This document shows positions 9,201 to 18,535 of a DNA stretch of 64,000 bases, in pieces. The DNA comes from Minisyncoccota bacterium (GTDB lineage: Bacteria > Patescibacteriota > Minisyncoccia > Phycocordibacterales > GWA1-40-21). The translations under genes and the position numbers were made by a program. The notes beneath the pieces are model-generated. The model was not told the DNA's origin. It was given only the letters and a program-made list of their open reading frames with translations, and ran no database searches. Position 1 is the first letter of the stretch; every line of letters starts with the position of its first letter. The DNA is taken from the NCBI GenBank assembly GCA_041664585.1, contig JBAYKL010000001.1:4592-68591 (forward strand), written 5' to 3'.

Positions 9201-9213
9201 ACGGAGAATCGAA
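9201..9213 (-). repeat. inverted copy of tRNA T-arm segment
   Basis: ACGGAGAATCGAA is the exact reverse complement of TTCGATTCTCCGT (9130-9142). Confidence 0.85.
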
Positions 9214-9256
9214 TTTTACTCCTTGCTAGTATAAATAAAAAAGGTTGAGCCGGAGC

Positions 9257-9442
9257 TCAACCCTTAAGGCTTTCCATGAGTTTACGTTCGTTGTTTCTTT
9301 CTTCCTCTATTGCGGTTTCTATGTCTGATACAGTTACTCCGCAGGCGATTGCTGCCTCTGCCTTTGCTTTTTCTAAAGGTAGGCCATTGTCGCGACGAAG
9401 GTGTTTTACTTTCTGAAGTGCATTACAGAGCTTAGTATTCAC
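9257..9442 (-). CDS. small hypothetical protein (accessory cassette)
   Basis: GTG with AAAGGA SD; TTGACA (9506-9511), 17 nt, TAATCT promoter; stop lies within hairpin 9238-9265. Confidence 0.6.
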   Translation of the reverse strand: MNTKLCNALQKVKHLRRDNGLPLEKAKAEAAIACGVTVSDIETAIEEERNNERKLMESLKG

Positions 9443-9536
9443 TGTCTAATCCTTTACTGATAAAGTGTGCGAACCTTTTTAGAGATTAATTCAAAGGCTA
9501 TTTTTTGTCAATTAAAAAGCCGGACGGGTGTCCGGC

Positions 9537-9920
9537 TTAACGTGGTCTGCGGTGTCTTGGACAACCTCCGCCACCAAGTTGACATTGAGCACAGTTTTCT
9601 CTTTCTTCGTCGAGCCTTTTTTCTTCAGGCGTTCTAGTGTCAGAGTAAACTGGACTTTCTTCTGTTTGCGTTTGATTTTTATGACAGGAGAGTTTTATTT
9701 CTTCTTCAGTACCAATCCCTTTTTCGATAAGGGTTTGAATAATGAAGTCCACATTAACTTCTTCGTTCGGGAAGTTTTTTTCTAGGGGTAAAATATTATG
9801 AACTACAATGTGCCAAGCTCTCTGGCTTGCCATCTTCCTTTTTTCTTTACCCTCTATTTTTAAACTCTGAACAAATTTTTCTGTGAGGTCTAAAACTTCT
9901 TGTTTTGTAAGGTTTTCCAT
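9537..9920 (-). CDS. hypothetical protein with C-terminal CxxC-x6-CxxH motif (accessory cassette)
   Basis: ATG 9920 with GAAAGGAAG SD; perfect TTGACA-17-TATAAT (9998..9970); hairpin AAGCCGGAC/GTCCGGCTT just after the stop. Confidence 0.65.
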   Translation of the reverse strand: MENLTKQEVLDLTEKFVQSLKIEGKEKRKMASQRAWHIVVHNILPLEKNFPNEEVNVDFIIQTLIEKGIGTEEEIKLSCHKNQTQTEESPVYSDTRTPEEKRLDEERENCAQCQLGGGGCPRHRRPR

Positions 9921-10004
9921 TACAGACTTCCTTTCCATGGGTTTGAAAGACCAACTAAATTCGAATACAATTATACCCCCATATATTAATTGTGTCAAGT
10001 AATT

Positions 10005-10043
10005 AAAACAGGTCGATTTTATTTAGTAAAATCGACCTGTTTT
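10005..10043. terminator. terminator hairpin downstream of yqeY
   Basis: AAAACAGGTCGATTTTA...TAAAATCGACCTGTTTT. Confidence 0.75.
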
Positions 10044-10057
10044 GTATTGTATATTTT

Positions 10058-10507
10058 CTATTTAAACATCTCTTCCACAGCTTCCTTTACAAGTGCACCG
10101 TCAGCTTTCCCTTTAAGTTCTTTCATTACCATACCGATGAATTGCCCAAGCTTAGATTTATCTATTTCGCCTGCGTTAGCTTTTTTTTCTTCAACTACTT
10201 TCATAACTTCTTCTTTGCTCATCATTTGTGGTAAATATGTTTCGAGAACTCTTAGTTCTTTTTCTTCATCTTCTGCAAGTTCTGGTCTTCCTCCTTTCGT
10301 GAACTGTTCAATGGAATCTTTTCTTTGTTTTACAAGTCTGCGAATTATAGCTAAGGCTTCTTCATCACCAAGAAATTCGTCATTAGTTTTCTTTGCAACG
10401 ATTTCGTTCATAAAGGCTGCCAGTACTCCTCTAAGTACAGTGAGTTTAAAAGCATCTTTGCTAATCATTGCCTGTTTAATTTGTTCCTTTATTGTTGTGT
10501 GTATCAT
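10058..10507 (-). CDS. yqeY: GatB/YqeY domain protein
   Basis: KQRKDSIEQFTKGGRPELA, YLPQMMS, KGKADG. Confidence 0.9.
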   Translation of the reverse strand: MIHTTIKEQIKQAMISKDAFKLTVLRGVLAAFMNEIVAKKTNDEFLGDEEALAIIRRLVKQRKDSIEQFTKGGRPELAEDEEKELRVLETYLPQMMSKEEVMKVVEEKKANAGEIDKSKLGQFIGMVMKELKGKADGALVKEAVEEMFK

Positions 10508-10554
10508 AATGTATAAATATTATCATATTTTTAGAAACTTGGTATAATATTCAT

Positions 10555-11613
10555 ATGTCATCAACAATTATCTTAGGTATTTTGTTAGTAATAGTAACCT
10601 CATTACTTTTGTGGCTTGCTTTGTTCAAAAAGGCAGGAGAAGGTAAAAGAGGAGATGATATTGGTCTAAAGCTTATCCTCGAACAAATAAACGAGCTCAA
10701 TAGAACGGTAGATACTAAAATAGGGGAATCTTCTAAACAAATGCACGAATCTCTTAAACATCAGTCTAGTGAATCTTTTAATATTATTCGTGATATTACA
10801 GAAAAGCTTACAAGACTTGATGAGACAAATAAACAAGTTGTTTCTTTTGCAGATCAGCTTCAATCACTTCAGGATATTTTGAAAAATCCTAAACAAAGAG
10901 GAATTCTTGGAGAATATTATCTTGAAACTCTACTTAAAAATGTTTTACCTACAGGAAGTTATCAAATGCAATTTCCGTTTGCAGACGGCACAATTGTAGA
11001 CGCTGTTGTGTTTGTGAAAGATAAAATTATTCCTATAGACTCAAAATTTTCTCTCGAAAATTATAATCGTTTAGTAGAAGAAAAGAATCCAGCTGAGAAA
11101 GAGAGATTAGAGAAATTATTCAGAGATGATCTTAAAAAGAGAATTGATGAGACCTCAAAATATGTAAAGCCAGGTGAGGGGACTATGGACTTTGCTTTTA
11201 TGTTCATTCCCCACGAAGCAATATATTATGATCTTTTAGTTTCTCAAGTTGGAGCAGTAAAAGTAAATACTAGGGATTTAGTAGAGTATGCATTTAAAGA
11301 AAAGCATGTAATTATTGTCTCCCCAACTTCTTTTTTGGCATATCTACAAACCGTTCTTCAGGGGCTTAAGGCTATGCAAATAGAAGAATCAGCCAAGGAT
11401 ATTAAAAAGAATGTTGAGAATCTACAAAAACATCTGAGAAGCTATCAGGAATATCAAGAGAAGCTTGGTAATGCCCTCTCTACTACAGTAAGCCATTTTA
11501 ATAATTCAAATAAAGAATTTAAGAAGATAGATAAGGACGTGGTGAAGATTACGGGGATAGAGTCTGAGCTTGAAGTGCTAGAAATCGCAAAGCCAGAGAG
11601 GGAAGATGAGTAG
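10555..11613 (+). CDS. rmuC: DNA recombination protein RmuC
   Basis: N-terminal TM + coiled coil; RGILGEYYLE, PIDSKF, DFAFMFIP, SPTSF. Confidence 0.9.
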   Translation: MSSTIILGILLVIVTSLLLWLALFKKAGEGKRGDDIGLKLILEQINELNRTVDTKIGESSKQMHESLKHQSSESFNIIRDITEKLTRLDETNKQVVSFADQLQSLQDILKNPKQRGILGEYYLETLLKNVLPTGSYQMQFPFADGTIVDAVVFVKDKIIPIDSKFSLENYNRLVEEKNPAEKERLEKLFRDDLKKRIDETSKYVKPGEGTMDFAFMFIPHEAIYYDLLVSQVGAVKVNTRDLVEYAFKEKHVIIVSPTSFLAYLQTVLQGLKAMQIEESAKDIKKNVENLQKHLRSYQEYQEKLGNALSTTVSHFNNSNKEFKKIDKDVVKITGIESELEVLEIAKPEREDE

Positions 11614-11647
11614 AAAGTAAATAATATTTAGTATATAGTATAAAAAT

Positions 11648-14600
11648 ATGAAAAATCAAAAACAATCCCAATATGACCACACAAAAATAGAAAAAAAGTG
11701 GCAAAAATATTGGACAGCAAAGAAAATTTACAAAACAACTGAAGATACTAAAAAAGAGAAACTATATGTTCTTGATATGTTTCCATATCCATCTGGTGTG
11801 GGTCTTCATGTGGGTCATCCTAGGGGCTATGTAGCTTCTGACGTTTACGCCCGTTTCAAAAGAATGAATGGCTTTAATGTACTTCACCCTATGGGTTACG
11901 ACGCTTTTGGTCTTCCTGCCGAACAATATGCTATTCAAAATAAAATACATCCTAAAAAAGCAGTTGAAGAAAATATTGAAACATTTAGAAAACAATTAGA
12001 TTTAATTGGTTTATCTTATGATTGGTCTCGTGTAGTAAACACAACTGATCCAAAATATTATAAATGGACACAGTGGATTTTTCTTAAGCTCTATGAATCT
12101 TGGTATAACAAAATAAGTAATAAAGCTGAACCCATTGAAAATCTTACAAAGTTTTTTGAGAAAGAAGGTAATCAAAATATTGATGCGGTTTGCGATTCTG
12201 ATATAAAAATATTTTCAGCTACAGAATGGAAATCTTTCAGTGATTTAGAAAAGCATAATATTTTAATGAAATATCGTTTAGCTTTCGAAGGTTTTTCAGA
12301 AGTTAATTGGTGTCCGGAAATGGGAACTGTTCTTGCGAATGATGAAATAATAGATGGACCAGATGGTAAACCAGTATCTGAAAGAGGCGGTTATCCCGTA
12401 GAGAAAAAAACATTGAGACAGTGGTTTTTGAGAATTACAGCCTATGCGGATAGACTTATAGAAGGATTAGATAGAGTAGATTGGTCTCAACACATAAAGG
12501 AAATACAAAAAAATTGGGTTGGAAAATCCATTGGTTCTGAAATAACTTTTGCTATAAAAGGTATGGAAGAAAAAATAAACGTGTTTACAACCAGAGCTGA
12601 TACTTTGTTTGGTGTTACTTACGTTGTTCTTGCTCCAGAGACTGATTTGGTAAAAAAGCTTTTATCAAAAATTTTAAATAGAAAAGAAGTAGAAAAATAT
12701 ATTGCGGACGTAAAACTTAAAACAGATGAGGATCGTATGAGTACTGTTAAAGAAAAAACGGGTGTGATACTCGAAGGTGTAAAAGCTATTAATCCTGCAA
12801 ATCAAGAAGAAGTACCAGTGTTCGTCGCGGATTACGTTCTAGCTACCTATGGTACGGGTATGGTAATGGCCGTACCTGCACATGATGACAGGGATTTTGC
12901 TTTTGCAAAGAAATATAATTTACCTATAAGAGAGGCTATCGTTCCAGAAAGAATAGACAAAAGAAACCCACCTGTTCCTGGTAAGAAAATTGTAGAAAGA
13001 AAAAATGTGCATGTGGTAGTTAAAAATCCAAAAACAGGAATGTATGTTGGTTTAAAATACAGAAAACACGATTGGACCACTTTCCCGATGGGTGGAATTG
13101 AAGAGGGAGAAAGTTTGATTGATTCTGCCAAGAGAGAATTACTTGAAGAGACTGGTTACAAAAATGTCACTGAGGGTGTTATTTTAGGTGGACAAGTTCG
13201 TGCGGAATATTTTGCTGCTCATAAGGATCAAAACAGAGTCTCTTATACAAATTTAGTGTATTTTGAGCTACTAGATGAAGAGAAAGAAAAAATTAGTGAT
13301 GAGGAAAATGAAGAACACGAAGTAATATGGCTTAGTGAAAAAGATATAAATTCAAGTTTGATGACTCACGCTGAAATGGATATTTGGCTTGATAGATTAA
13401 GCAAGGGGGATATTGCTTATACAGATAACGGTATTATGGTAAATTCCGGAGAATTTAACGGTTTAAATAATCTAGATGCAATAAAAAAGATTACAGATTT
13501 CGTTGGTGGAAAAATTGTTACTAAATACAAAATGCGTGATGCCGTATTTGCTCGTCAGAGATATTGGGGAGAACCCATTCCGTTAATACATAAAAAAGAT
13601 GGGACGATTTCTACTGTAAACGAAAACAAATTACCACTAGAGTTACCAAACGTTATCTCGTATGAACCTATTGGGAATGGTGAATCACCGCTTGCTGGTG
13701 TAAAAGATTGGGTAGAAAAAGGTTACGAAACAAATACAATGCCTGGTTGGGCAGGATCTTCCTGGTACTTCTTACGTTATATGGATCCACAGAATAAAAA
13801 AGGCTTTGTTGGAGAGAAAGCTTTAAAATATTGGAAACAGGTAGATATGTATGTAGGTGGTGCTGAGCATGCTACTGGGCATTTATTGTATTCAAGATTC
13901 TGGAATAAGTTTTTATTTGACTACGGGCTTGTTATTGAGGATGAACCATTCAAAGCTCTTAGGAATCAAGGAATGATACAAGGTTCTGATGGAAGAAGAA
14001 TGAGTAAGAGATGGGGGAACGTTGTAAACCCAGATGAGGTTGTAAAAAATGTCGGCGCAGATACTTTGAGAGTTTACGAATCATTTATGGGGCCTTTTGA
14101 GCAAGAAATTTCTTGGAGTACAGATAGTATGGTTGGATCAAGAAGATTCTTGGAAAGAGTATGGAAGCTTCAAGAAAAAGTAGTTGCAAATTTTGCAGAT
14201 TCAAGCGAAACAGAAGCACTTTTACACAAAACAATTAAAAAAGTTGGAGAAGATATAGATTCATTTAATGCAAACACAGCTATTTCTTCTATGATGATTT
14301 TGTTAAATCATTTAGATGGAATAGAGAGTATTAGCGAAGACTTATATTTGAATTACATAAAAATCCTTTCACCTTTTGCGCCACATATGTGTGAAGAAAT
14401 TTGGGCAAATTTGGAACAGAAGAAATCTATAGTATTAGCAGATTGGCCTAAGTATGATGAATCAAAAATAAAGTCTGCGAAGGTAAATATACCTGTGCAG
14501 ATAAACGGTAGAGTAAGAGCATCGCTTATTGTTGACACTGATCTTGACCAAACATTAGTAGAGAAGCTTGCTTTGGAAAATCCTGATGTTAAAAAATGGC

Positions 14601-14665
14601 TTGAAGGTAAAGAAATAAAGAAGAAAATATTTGTTAAAAACAAAATTTTGAACTTAGTAATTTAA
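11648..14665 (+). CDS. leuS: leucyl-tRNA synthetase with inserted Nudix domain
   Basis: MFPYPSGVGLHVGH, FTTRADT editing motif, RMSKR (KMSKS-like), internal Nudix box GGIEEGESLIDSAKRELLEETG. Confidence 0.95.
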   Translation: MKNQKQSQYDHTKIEKKWQKYWTAKKIYKTTEDTKKEKLYVLDMFPYPSGVGLHVGHPRGYVASDVYARFKRMNGFNVLHPMGYDAFGLPAEQYAIQNKIHPKKAVEENIETFRKQLDLIGLSYDWSRVVNTTDPKYYKWTQWIFLKLYESWYNKISNKAEPIENLTKFFEKEGNQNIDAVCDSDIKIFSATEWKSFSDLEKHNILMKYRLAFEGFSEVNWCPEMGTVLANDEIIDGPDGKPVSERGGYPVEKKTLRQWFLRITAYADRLIEGLDRVDWSQHIKEIQKNWVGKSIGSEITFAIKGMEEKINVFTTRADTLFGVTYVVLAPETDLVKKLLSKILNRKEVEKYIADVKLKTDEDRMSTVKEKTGVILEGVKAINPANQEEVPVFVADYVLATYGTGMVMAVPAHDDRDFAFAKKYNLPIREAIVPERIDKRNPPVPGKKIVERKNVHVVVKNPKTGMYVGLKYRKHDWTTFPMGGIEEGESLIDSAKRELLEETGYKNVTEGVILGGQVRAEYFAAHKDQNRVSYTNLVYFELLDEEKEKISDEENEEHEVIWLSEKDINSSLMTHAEMDIWLDRLSKGDIAYTDNGIMVNSGEFNGLNNLDAIKKITDFVGGKIVTKYKMRDAVFARQRYWGEPIPLIHKKDGTISTVNENKLPLELPNVISYEPIGNGESPLAGVKDWVEKGYETNTMPGWAGSSWYFLRYMDPQNKKGFVGEKALKYWKQVDMYVGGAEHATGHLLYSRFWNKFLFDYGLVIEDEPFKALRNQGMIQGSDGRRMSKRWGNVVNPDEVVKNVGADTLRVYESFMGPFEQEISWSTDSMVGSRRFLERVWKLQEKVVANFADSSETEALLHKTIKKVGEDIDSFNANTAISSMMILLNHLDGIESISEDLYLNYIKILSPFAPHMCEEIWANLEQKKSIVLADWPKYDESKIKSAKVNIPVQINGRVRASLIVDTDLDQTLVEKLALENPDVKKWLEGKEIKKKIFVKNKILNLVI

Positions 14666-14706
14666 TACAACACGGCCGAGAGTTTAAACTCTCGGCCGTG
14701 TTGTAT
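14665..14706. repeat. 42-bp perfect palindrome (terminator-like)
   Basis: ATACAACACGGCCGAGAGTTT|AAACTCTCGGCCGTGTTGTAT with no spacer. Confidence 0.9.
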
Positions 14707-14814
14707 AATTATATATTATACAACAACACATTTGACTTTATTTCTAATGGGTGCTAATATCATTTCCATAAAGATATATCGTCAATATCAAGTTTTATTA
14801 ATAATTTTATTTGT

Positions 14815-15846
14815 ATGTCAACAACAAGTTTCAAACCAAAGCAGGTTTCTAAGAAATTACTCGGTGCGCTTCAAGAGAGATCAAAAGATGTCATTATAAG
14901 AAGATATGGTCTTGGAAAAGATCCTGAATTAATGACTCTCGATGCTATTGGTAAGATTTATGGTATTACAAGAGAAAGAGTAAGACAGATAGAAAATCAC
15001 GCTCTTAATGCAATTAGAAAATCTAAGAATTACACAGAAGAGAAAGCTGTTTTTGACGAAATAGAAAAGCTCATCCACAAACTTGGTGGAATAATTGTAG
15101 AACAAGATCTCCTAGATTTCGTATCAAAGGATGCGAATACACAAAGCCACATGAACTTTCTTCTTGTCGTTGGGCATCCATTCAAGAAAGTAAAAGAAGA
15201 TGAAGACTTTAAACACAGATGGCTTATAGACGAAACTCTTGCAGATAAAATCCACAATTCATTAAAGAAACTTTATGAATCTTTGAAAGACAATGAACTT
15301 GTTTCTGAACCAGAAATAATAAAAGCTTTCTTGGGTTATATCGAAGACGTTGCTGAACAATATAAAACAGAAGAAATCGCAAAGAGATGGCTCGGACTTT
15401 CTAAGAAGATAGGAAAGAATCCACTTGGTGAATGGGGTAAATCAGAATCTTCAAACATTAGCACAAAGGGTATGAGAGACTATGCGTATCTTGTTATAAG
15501 GAAACATGGTTCACCTATACACTTCAGAGAAGTTGCAAAAGCTATTACTACTGTATTTAACAAAAAAGCTCATGTTGCGACAACTCACAATGAACTTATA
15601 AAAGACCCAAGATTTGTACTTGTCGGAAGAGGCCTATATGCTCTTACAGAATGGGGTTATATGAATGGTGTTGTAAAAGATGTCATAAAGAAACTCATTG
15701 AAAAGAATGGTGCAATGACAAAAGCAGATGTTGTAGAAAAAGTGATGAAAGAAAGATATGTAAAAGAAAATACTATCATCATAAATCTTCAGAATAAGAA
15801 ATACTTTAAGAAAAACAAAGACGGAAAATACGAAATAGTGAAATAA
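14815..15846 (+). CDS. sigma70 region-4 HTH + HARE-HTH (RNAP delta-like) DNA-binding protein
   Basis: TLDAIGKIYGITRERVRQIE; C-terminal HNELIKDPRFVLVGRGLYALTEWG. Confidence 0.8.
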   Translation: MSTTSFKPKQVSKKLLGALQERSKDVIIRRYGLGKDPELMTLDAIGKIYGITRERVRQIENHALNAIRKSKNYTEEKAVFDEIEKLIHKLGGIIVEQDLLDFVSKDANTQSHMNFLLVVGHPFKKVKEDEDFKHRWLIDETLADKIHNSLKKLYESLKDNELVSEPEIIKAFLGYIEDVAEQYKTEEIAKRWLGLSKKIGKNPLGEWGKSESSNISTKGMRDYAYLVIRKHGSPIHFREVAKAITTVFNKKAHVATTHNELIKDPRFVLVGRGLYALTEWGYMNGVVKDVIKKLIEKNGAMTKADVVEKVMKERYVKENTIIINLQNKKYFKKNKDGKYEIVK

Positions 15847-15880
15847 CTTAAAAACCACCCAAATGGGTGGTTTTTAAGTT
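15845..15880. terminator. terminator hairpin
   Basis: AACTTAAAAACCACCC-AAAT-GGGTGGTTTTTAAGTT. Confidence 0.8.
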
Positions 15881-15905
15881 TATTTTAATAGTGTATAATT
15901 ATAGG

Positions 15906-16664
15906 GTGAAAGAATTTTTTAAGAAAAAATATACGAGTGTTGCTATAATACTTTTTGTTGTTTTTTTAATTTCAGGAATGTTTTTTTCTCCTACATATAA
16001 AAAAGTATTTCAAGCTGTTTATTCGAAGATTTCTCAATTTGCTACAGTGCTTTCCTCTACACTTGTGTTGCAAACAAATAATTTTAGAGCAACAAACAAT
16101 GAAAACGGTTTAGTTGTAAGTGATTTACTTACCAAAGCAGCTCAAATGAAAGCAGACGACATGGCTTTGAAAGAATACTTCTCTCATACTGGTCCACAAG
16201 GCGAAGAGCCTTGGCTCTGGTTTGATAAAGTAGGATATAAATATAATTATGCTGGAGAAAATCTTGCAGTGGACTACACAGAATCTTCTGATGTTACAGA
16301 AGGTTGGATCAATTCTGCAAAACACAAAGCAAATCTATTAAACAAAAATTTTACTGAAATAGGTATCGGTGTGGCAGACGGAATATTTGAAGGACACAAA
16401 ACAACTTTCGTTGTTCAGTTCTTTGCCAAACCACTTGCAGCTAATGAAGTCGTTCAGAAACAAGAAACATCTACTGTTACTAAGCTTTTATCATTAATAA
16501 AAGCTGAGACTCCAGTAAGCACAAGATCTGGACTATCTAAAGGAGAGGTTCTTGGTGTTGAGTCAGTAAATGTAAAATGGAATGATCAGAAAACGCTTAC
16601 TGTAATCGGAGTTATTACTCTAGTCATTTTGATTATATTTATATTTAGAAAAAAACATGAATAA
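15906..16664 (+). CDS. CAP/SCP-domain membrane protein
   Basis: KADDMA..YFSH, AGENLA, WINSAKHKANLL, EIGIG; GTG 6 nt after TATAAT. Confidence 0.85.
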   Translation: MKEFFKKKYTSVAIILFVVFLISGMFFSPTYKKVFQAVYSKISQFATVLSSTLVLQTNNFRATNNENGLVVSDLLTKAAQMKADDMALKEYFSHTGPQGEEPWLWFDKVGYKYNYAGENLAVDYTESSDVTEGWINSAKHKANLLNKNFTEIGIGVADGIFEGHKTTFVVQFFAKPLAANEVVQKQETSTVTKLLSLIKAETPVSTRSGLSKGEVLGVESVNVKWNDQKTLTVIGVITLVILIIFIFRKKHE

Positions 16665-17424
16665 AAAGTCATCATTTTTTATTATAGCTCTATGTATTTC
16701 TTTTTTTCCATTTAATTCTTTTGCTCAAACAGCTTCCTCTACACCTGTAAAAATAAATGCGAGAATATTACCAACAATTTGGTACTCAACACTTTCTGTA
16801 AATGATGGAGATAGTATAAGGATCTACGCTGGTATACAAAATAACTCAGGAATTGATTTCTCTGGTACTGCAGTTTTTTATGTAGATAATGAAGAGATAT
16901 CAAAGAAGACTTTTGCTTCGAAAAAAGATAGTTTAAAAGATATTGATGTGAATTGGGTTGCAAATCCAGGTACACACAGTGTACAGGTAAAAGTTTCAAC
17001 CGATCTCTCTTCAAGCAAAGAACTGGTGTCTTATGAGAGTGATAAATCACGTATTAGTATTACACGTAAGGTTACCTTAGAAGAAGTAAAAGAAACCGCC
17101 TTAAATACTGCTTCTAATATAATAGACAAAGCAGATGAGCTAGCTTCTAGTTTAGCCCAAAAGATTGAGAGCTATAAGCAACCTATAGAATCTATTGGTA
17201 ATAATGTTAAGAGTACCGAATCTACATCAACGGCAAACAAGGGTCGTGTTTTGGGTGTTTCTACGAGCTCAATATCAGATTATAAAAGTTCCAGTACAAC
17301 AAAATCTATTTTAAATATGTTTTTAGACTTTTTAGCTTTTTTTGTTAGAAATTGGAAATGGACCATTCTTGGGATAGTAATTTTAATTGTTGTAATTAAA
17401 ATTAAGAAAAGTAGAGAAGAATAA
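16657..17424 (+). CDS. secreted/membrane-anchored protein with Ig-like (CARDB-like) domain
   Basis: Signal peptide, beta-rich domain (WVANPGTHSVQV), C-terminal TM. Confidence 0.6.
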   Translation: MNKKSSFFIIALCISFFPFNSFAQTASSTPVKINARILPTIWYSTLSVNDGDSIRIYAGIQNNSGIDFSGTAVFYVDNEEISKKTFASKKDSLKDIDVNWVANPGTHSVQVKVSTDLSSSKELVSYESDKSRISITRKVTLEEVKETALNTASNIIDKADELASSLAQKIESYKQPIESIGNNVKSTESTSTANKGRVLGVSTSSISDYKSSSTTKSILNMFLDFLAFFVRNWKWTILGIVILIVVIKIKKSREE

Positions 17425-17425
17425 T

Positions 17426-18520
17426 ATGCTCTCAAAATTATTTAAAATAATAAAAAAATACGAAAGAATTTGTTCTGCACTAGGCCTTGTCTCTGGTATT
17501 GTTCTTACCCCACTCGCTCTTACTCGTGTAGACCAACCAATTGAAAATGTTTGGATAGTAGCACACTTACTCATAGCTATTTTTGGTATTATGGTTTTAA
17601 ATTATCATGATAATAGAGTTGCAAAAGGTAGGTCTGCAGAAAAACATAATGAGATAATACATTTTTGGTTTTCTATACTTATACAATTTGCTTATGGTAA
17701 CCTTTTTACTACTTATATAGTGTTTTATTTTAGAAGCGCTGTTCTTTCTTTTGCTTGGCCATTTTTACTTTTGATTTTTACTTTACTTATTGGTAACGAA
17801 ATTTGGAAAAAACATTATCACATTCTTACGCTGCAACTAGCAACTCTTTTTCTTGCAGTATACATGTTTGTGATTTTTGGTTTACCAGTTCTTTTAAAAC
17901 GCATTGGAGATGACGTATTTCTTTGGTCTGGTGTTTACAGTTTACTTTTTATATTTATCTTCGCTTTAGTACTCTGGAGTTTTACAAAAGAAAAATTCAA
18001 AAAAAGTAAAAAGGGGTTAATTTTTAGTATTTTAGGTACATATCTCATAATGAATGGGATGTATTTTTTGAATATTATTCCCCCAATTCCTTTATCTTTG
18101 AAAACCGCTGGGGTATATCACGATCTTTCCAAGAATTCAGATGGTGATTATGTCGGGCACGAAGAAAACTATGATTGGAAGAAATATTTTGTGAAGTATC
18201 CCATTTTCCACAGAGTAGATGGTGAACCTGTTTATGTATTCGGAGCAGTTTTTTCTCCAGCAAAATTAAATACAAAGATATACCATAAATGGCAGTATTT
18301 TGATGAAGGTGAAAAGAAGTGGGAAGATTCAATGTTATTAGAAATATCAATTGTTGGTGGTAGGGAAGGCGGATACAGAATTTATTCTTCCAAAGAAGCT
18401 GTGTTTCCTGGGCTTTGGAGGGTTGATGTTCTTAATGTAAATAAACAAATTATAGGTAGGTTGAAATTCAAGATAGAGAATAGCGAATTAAAACAGAAAA
18501 TGGTTGAGGTTAAACTTTAG
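17426..18520 (+). CDS. DUF2914-type polytopic membrane protein
   Basis: About 7 TM; NIIPPIPLSLK, IVGGREGGYR, PGLWRVDV. Confidence 0.75.
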   Translation: MLSKLFKIIKKYERICSALGLVSGIVLTPLALTRVDQPIENVWIVAHLLIAIFGIMVLNYHDNRVAKGRSAEKHNEIIHFWFSILIQFAYGNLFTTYIVFYFRSAVLSFAWPFLLLIFTLLIGNEIWKKHYHILTLQLATLFLAVYMFVIFGLPVLLKRIGDDVFLWSGVYSLLFIFIFALVLWSFTKEKFKKSKKGLIFSILGTYLIMNGMYFLNIIPPIPLSLKTAGVYHDLSKNSDGDYVGHEENYDWKKYFVKYPIFHRVDGEPVYVFGAVFSPAKLNTKIYHKWQYFDEGEKKWEDSMLLEISIVGGREGGYRIYSSKEAVFPGLWRVDVLNVNKQIIGRLKFKIENSELKQKMVEVKL

Positions 18521-18535
18521 TGGTATAATTTATTT

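Noticed and set aside
9194-9213. GGGGGCTACGGAGAATCGAA resembling a tmRNA 5' end
   Set aside because: No tag reading frame or matching tmRNA 3' end downstream; better explained as the reverse complement of the tRNA T-arm
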